Positions 53,401 through 64,000 of a stretch of DNA of 64,000 bases are shown here, in pieces. Position numbers and translations under genes: made by a program. Source of the DNA: Phoronis australis (Eukaryota > Animalia > Phoronida). The notes beneath the pieces were generated by a model that saw nothing but the letters and a program-made list of their open reading frames with translations, had not been told where the DNA came from and ran no database searches. The stretch covers positions 62,001 through 126,000 of the forward strand of contig NMRA01000037.1 of assembly GCA_002633005.1 (NCBI GenBank), written 5' to 3'. The number at the start of each line of letters is the position of its first letter. Within the stretch, counting starts at the first letter, position 1.

Positions 53401-55481
53401 TGCTTTTGTCAAGACCAAATACCACTGACCTTTCTAGAAATATTCACCTGCCTAGCAGTCAGTCAGCTGATTTTTCTGTGTCCAGAAACCAGTCCAGTTT
53501 TTCAGCCGGTCAGACTTCTAGCAACAGTTTGCCTAATCGGCAACAAGGGAGTGGTCTGCCAAATCGTGAACAATTGACAATGGCTAGAGAGCAGAAGAAA
53601 ATTACAAATAATAGTGCAGTTCCTGGCAGTGAACAGGGTAGTCGTAGTCACTTTTATTCAGCAGAAAACTTTGTGCGTCAAAGGCCTCAACTAGAAAGAC
53701 CCACCTTTGATAATGCATCAGGTACGACTCGTTCTACTGGCAGTAAGAATAGTGAACATTCTAAGCCCACTGGTGTTCCTGGTCAAGACCGCTTTAGTTA
53801 CGCTGCCATGTCGCAACCTTCAGACACTGTAGGCACATCTTTCATACCATCTTTTGGACAGCAACCGTCATCATCCAGCATAGCTCCACCGAATGACAGT
53901 TTCCTTTCCCCCATGAACCAGTCGGCGGTCGTCACGACGACAACGAGTACTTTCACCTTTAGTTTGACTGGCACCACCACGTCAGCCAACAGTGGTCACT
54001 ATAGCAACCCTGCCACGAGTCACCACCAGTTCCCATTCTACCCACTGCACCCATCATTGTCTTCAAGCTCCAGTGTTGCCCCAGTCTCGTCTGCTCCCCC
54101 CATACAGTCATCCAATGCAACGCCGTCTCTCAACTTGCCGTTCTCACTACCACCTGAGAGGCCTGATCCTCCGCTGGAAGTAACAAACCAGGGTCGGTTT
54201 AGCTCTGAGATCGACTTTAGCACTTCAACGCTTGGCAACAACCCCAAGTCTAATTATCACAGAGGCAGCGCTCCAATGAAGAAGCGACAAGAGGACCCGT
54301 CCCAACCCCTACCTCCGTCCCAACGCCCTCGCTCACGGCAGCGCCCAAGTTCAGTAAACCGATCACCTCAGGTGTCTCATGGTGTGGACAACTTCCTAAA
54401 TCAACCTGGATATTCATCAGAAAGTGTGCCTCAAATTACCAGCCCTCCCTTGCATCATCCCCCACAACGGCGAGAGATGAGTGACCGCCACCCGTCATCC
54501 GTGTCCCAGTCTCCATTTGCACATTCCCCGCAGAACTTTGGTTCACCCACAGCCAGTTTTAGCTCGCCAAGTTACAACCCTCCTCCGCTTCAACACAGCC
54601 GGTCATCATCCAGCTCTGGCAGTGTGCAAACATCCAATACAAACTTCATGAACGCAGCAAGAGAGAAGCCGTCCAGTGGTGAAGCCCCCCAAAAGAAGTC
54701 TAAGCAGTCATCAAGTCGGTCGAAGCCTTCTCAAGCTATACCTGCCAAACCAAGAAACTCTACACCATCAGCCAAACAGTATGAAATCGACACTAACTTG
54801 TCGCATTCTATATTTGACCAAGGTAATCCCAACTTCTTTCCCATGCAAAGTCACTCGCCTCCCTCTTCGGGTAGAAACGATGCGCCAACTTACCTCCCTC
54901 CTGGTAACTTTTTCGGTGTGCCGTCAAGACCCATGTCCAACTCCAGCAGTCACATACAGCACAAGACACCTGAGAACCCTTTCAATCCTCTCTTTAATCC
55001 TGGTCGTTCACAGAACGGACTGGGACTCAATTTTCAGCCTCCACCTGGCTTCCCTATCAACCATACAATGCCAACTGGTCACAGTAACCCAGGAATCCCT
55101 CCCCCACCTCATTCCACGCCAATATCAGTGATGCCTAACTTCAGCTTGGGCAACTTGTTCGGAGAGCCTCCAGCAGACAGTATGAACATATCCCCAATCA
55201 AGTTCCCTCACGGAAATCACATGTTGCCGCCTCAGGCAGGTATGGATCACAATCCACTTCAGCATCAGCCCGGCGCCATTTATCACAATCGACCTCACGC
55301 GGCGCCCTCTTCAGTGATGCACAGTGCCATGAGTATCAATAGTTTGCTAGGACACGGGCCGCATGGCTTTGACGCCCGGACCATGGGGCCTCCAATGAAT
55401 GGTGCAATGGGGCCAGCGTTTCATGGTCATGGCCACCCACCATCATTTGGAATGCCAACGCTCAATTTTCACAACACGTGA
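35422..55481 (+). CDS. USF3: USF3-like (KIAA2018) bHLH-leucine zipper transcription factor, about 1990 aa
   Basis: Exons 35422-35512, optional 44400-44447, 44679-44745, 46285-46402 (KNKKNILEKRRKDRTKSLVKQMADLIP, basic-helix 1), 47364-47466 (NVVLENVVNYVTEIKQQN, helix 2), 48918-49001 (EITRLKALVANLTEENERL, zipper), 49966-55481 (5516-nt low-complexity exon). N-terminal bHLH-ZIP plus giant last exon matches USF3 architecture. First exons are less certain. Confidence 0.8.
36611..36710 (+). mobile_element. 3'-truncated copy of the CATGCG MITE family
   Basis: Matches the first about 100 bp of 34450-34689. Confidence 0.7.
41497..41704 (+). mobile_element. Diverged copy of the internal region of the tRNA-LTR element
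   Basis: Shares aattatgcctc, catcaaagtcatgttg, cttttgcgca, acaccttagg and aattccttccaactcgaacaaa, in order, with the reverse complement of about 20570-20797. Confidence 0.8.
45179..45590. mobile_element. Degenerate TIR element with caagttgc(a/c)ct subrepeats
   Basis: ccacacacagacttgcactagaaca versus tgttctagggtaagtctctgtgtgg; TSD not resolved. Confidence 0.5.
46900..47147 (+). mobile_element. MITE, CAGGGCTTGGAAT family, degenerate copy
   Basis: Colinear with 57445-57683; TSD eroded. Confidence 0.8.
47510..48513. mobile_element. 1-kb foldback DNA element with about 320-bp imperfect TIRs and TTAA flanks (Kolobok-like)
   Basis: ttaa|agatatgtttgcatgctcctaactatgcta...tagcatagttaggagtatgcaaatacatat|ttaa; arms about 47510-47826 and 48190-48513. 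Confidence 0.8.
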
Positions 55482-55663
55482 TGTCACGCGTTGTTGTAAA
55501 CAGTCTTCCGTTTTGGATTTGCTATTTTCAAAACTTGTTCCAGCTTTTTAAAACGAAATGGAAAAGAATTGTGCAATTCAATGCAGTGTTGTTAGTTATC
55601 ATATGTGCCTTTTGTTTAAGTTAGGCATCTGTATAAATATGAAATTCTGAAATCGGCATGGAA

Positions 55664-55783
55664 AACATTTTTAAGTCTGGTCCAGGTTCTAGTCCCAGTT
55701 GGGGCAGATATCTTTTCAGACTTGTATCCATTAGGTTATGTGATGTGGCCACGCAGGGCATGCTGACCAGACTTAAAAATGTT
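55664..55783. repeat. Short hairpin repeat family member in the USF3 3' UTR
   Basis: 17-bp perfect IR aacatttttaagtctgg/ccagacttaaaaatgtt; core related to 13739-13830 and 25308-25366. Confidence 0.65.
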
Positions 55784-57444
55784 GGCAATAAGTTGGAAAT
55801 AATTAACAAATCAACATTTGTCCCACACAGCGCTAATTAGGTCAAGCCAGAATTGCCATCTTCGTACTAGGATAAATCGAAGTCGTGTTGGATCTTGCTA
55901 TTGAAGCAAGCAGTGTACTCCATTCGGTTCGTAGTATTAAAAAGCCAAAAACCAAGAGTACCACCCCAAAACATGAAGCAAAGCTGATTTGAAAATGGCG
56001 TTGTGTGGGGCTTTTACATGTTGCTTCAAAGCAAACAAATTGCTTATCGTAATTAGTCGAGTGTGTATTTAGAACAACCTTGTATGTGAAAAATGCAACT
56101 ATAACCCAGCATTCCGTCAAACTAACTTTAGATTTGAACCACCTGTCACTCCAAGATTCACTCTACTTGTTCCTTAGCCGTATGATGTTTTCTGGGCTTG
56201 GAAAGAGCCGACGGTTCATTATTGCTAGAGATAGTCCTTGGGGATTAAAATGAGTCGCCATCGCGGCTAGCCAACTTGTGGAGTCTGGTCTTGAGCAATG
56301 ACCAACTGTCAGTTCTTTTAACCATTTCTCATTTGACAAAGAAGGTGCAGTTTGAGACCAGTTTCAACGTCAAGTGGTCTCAATCAAGTTAGGTTTTTGT
56401 CACGGTAATAGAGTTCATGGTAGCTGAAGGTGTCCACAAATGCCATTTCCTTCTGTAAAAAAGGTCATCAGATAAGTTGTTTAATTTTGACTTTGTATTC
56501 TCTGTCTATGTATTCATTACTTGTAAGTTATATGCATTTATTGTTGCTTTGTGAGTCACAAAGGAGAGTTGCCAACCACTGCATTTATCAGTCTTTGGAA
56601 CAGTTCTGTTTTAAGTTTGGGTTTGTAACCCAAATTAATGTACAATGAAAAGTGACTGTCATATTTTCTTCTCTTGGGAAATGTTCACCAGTGTGCTATT
56701 CAAAAAGGTCAAAGATGGGGGTCCCTTGTAAAAAACCTGGACTTAGAACTGTTTCCTGTTCTCAAAATTGTGTTTTCTCAAATTAATCAGTCACTTGTGT
56801 TCTTTCAGATTTCGATATTTATAACTTTGTATAAATTTTCCTATATTTTAGAAAAACTCTCGTTTTAATTTTGTACAGATATTAATGATGTCTTAAAATT
56901 TTGTTATTACTAGAAAGTGTCTACCTATTATTGACCTTGATACTGTTGTACTGTGCATTTATATGTGAAACTGTAACATTTGTCATTAAATATCAAGTCT
57001 GTTTTGTATATGCATGATATGCTTCACCAGAACATGTTAAACGTGAACAAAGCTATTTTTATATGCCTTGGAATAAATAAGTAATATTCTTGGTAACATG
57101 ACGTTTCTTAATAGCAAAATTACTGTATTTGTCTGCGAAGTTGAGTTAGTGCATTGTAACAACCCAAGTGCTCCCGATTTCACTGTCAAGAATACTAACT
57201 TTTCAGTTGGACCAAATGCTGCAATTAAACTGAATTGAACTTGTGCCTCACTCCAACTGGAAGTAATTTTTTGCCTTGGGAAGAACGACTGCTCTTTGTT
57301 GATTGACAATTCAGGTAAATCTGGATGGATAGTCATTTTATACATTGGAAAGCAATTGGGTTGGTCAGTGGACCTTCTTCGGAGTGTGTGACACAAATAG
57401 CAGAATCGTAACAAAGAATAACATTGGACTGCACTAGTATTTTG

Positions 57445-57683
57445 CAGGGCTTGGAATTTTCCTCTTTTAAGAGGATTTTCTCTTTTGGTTTTGATTTCCT
57501 CTTATTCGATTTTCTGTTTCCTCTTTTTCCTCTTTTTATCATTATGACTTTATTCATACAAAAGTGTTTACTTCAGGTAAAAGTTACCACACAAAAATAT
57601 TACTATCACAAAAGTCTATTTGAGGAACAATATTTCACTTGGAAGATTTTCCTCTTTTTTGCCATTGTTCATTCCAAGCCCGG
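57445..57683 (+). mobile_element. MITE, CAGGGCTTGGAAT family, 6-bp TSD ATTTTG
   Basis: attttg|cagggcttggaat...attccaagcccgg|attttg. Confidence 0.85.
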
Positions 57684-58639
57684 ATTTTGAAGCAGTATCT
57701 TGGTGAAAAAACCATGTAGTTAGGGGCTCTAGTCGATGTTAAGCAAGACACAGACAGTTTTTACTGAATACTTGATATTTCCTGAGATAACCATTTTGAA
57801 TAACAAACATGAACACAAAGCAGAAATTTACTATTCTTTACCCAAAGTAAACAATATTATACTGAAAGTTTACATAAAGAATCCCTGAGTCACTCCCTTT
57901 GAGCTGGAGGTTATCGACCTCTTGACTAATTTTGGCACATAATCATGCACTATATAACAAATTAACAATCATCCCTGCCACGCTGGCAAACATTTATAGA
58001 AAATAAAATGATACAGTATATTAAGCGAATATGTAAACCTCAGCAGCAAGTTAGTATCCTTGTCACCCAAAATTCACGATTGCATGCAGTGCAAAGAATG
58101 ACAAATTTCACAATTCCCAATAATGGCAGGATTTCAAGCAGTCGTATGCAGCATTCTCTACTTCAGAATGGATGTAAGCAAAGAAAAAATGCCACAGGGT
58201 TACTAATTAGGCTTATTCATTCTCAGGTGATGCTAAATTGCGTAAGCTGCCACAGGTGTCTAGAGTGTTGTCACAAATCATAACTAAAGATAATAGGCAT
58301 GATCACAAGATCCGTACACTAATTGGGTCCACAGAGCAACATGACGTTCGTTGTATGTAACAGAACCAGAAGTCAACCGTGCTGCACTTTTAACTGCGAC
58401 ACAAACAACCCAAAAATTTTAACTACCTACAGATATATTGCTTTACTACACAGTTCAACACATGCTTACTGATAACTTCTTATCACAATGTAGGGATAGG
58501 GTATAATTCACTAACATTATCTCAGTGTTGTCAAACCTTTTCTAGCCTATAATGCTGAGAAATACAGCGGTTGAAGAAGTTAGAATTACTTCAAATAAGT
58601 AAAATATTTTATACACCAATTACAACTAAGAATGTCTTC

Positions 58640-58708
58640 TCAGTTACTGAATGAAGACTTGAACATTTCAGTAACTGAATGAAGACTTGAACATGTCAGT
58701 AACTGAAT
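58640..58708. repeat. 28-bp tandem repeat, about 2.5 copies
   Basis: tcagt(t/a)actgaatgaagacttgaacat(t/g) units just past the zinc-finger gene stop. Confidence 0.85.
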
Positions 58709-58773
58709 CAGACTCTGACAAGGACACAGGCAAGAGTGAGCTATTTGCACTGGCAAAGTCTTCACATTTCAGA

Positions 58774-63658
<4,885 letters not shown>

Positions 63659-64000
63659 GTTCAGGCTTTATGACCAACAATCCCGATACAACTTGTGTGG
63701 AAAATTCTGAAGTAAAATTAGAAAAGTTACAGAGATATAATTGATATTTTAATCTGTTTATAGGCACTAGTACTCATTACCAGTTGACTTAGCAGATCTC
63801 AGGATTGAGGTAATCCGTGTTAATTAAATGATGACCATTCATTATTCAAAGCACAGAATCCATAATCCACCTGGCACCAACACAAACACAAACACTTCAA
63901 TCACCATGATGAGCTCCATTCGCAATGCTACACTGTTCAGTGACTTTAATAACAGCACCTTATGTTAGTAAATAATATGCGACATTTATATTCGGGAAAA

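Noticed and set aside
50111-55131. Many short antisense and alternate-frame ORFs
   Set aside because: Shadows of the long USF3 exon.

Overview
AT-rich, intron-rich animal genomic DNA, probably a marine invertebrate (lophotrochozoan is an inference). Six spliced protein genes were reconstructed exon by exon with consistent intron phases: RPS11 (-), NDUFV3 (+), CWF19L1 (-), DNAAF3 (+), a USF3-like bHLH-ZIP factor with a 5.5 kb terminal exon (+), and an unnamed six-finger C2H2 factor (-). RPS11/NDUFV3 and CWF19L1/DNAAF3 are tight head-to-head pairs. RPS11 introns carry two U35 (SNORD35) snoRNA copies plus an antisense two-hairpin RNA candidate. CWF19L1 has a U12-type intron and a 21-nt tandem repeat that multiplies a splice donor in frame. 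CWF19L1 intron 1 holds a non-coding LTR element with a tRNA-derived Pol III promoter in its LTR, interrupted by a 688-bp foldback element. Many MITEs with 3-, 4-, 5-, 6- and 8-bp target duplications are present. All calls come from reading the sequence; no searches were run, and comparisons to human or other sequences are from memory.
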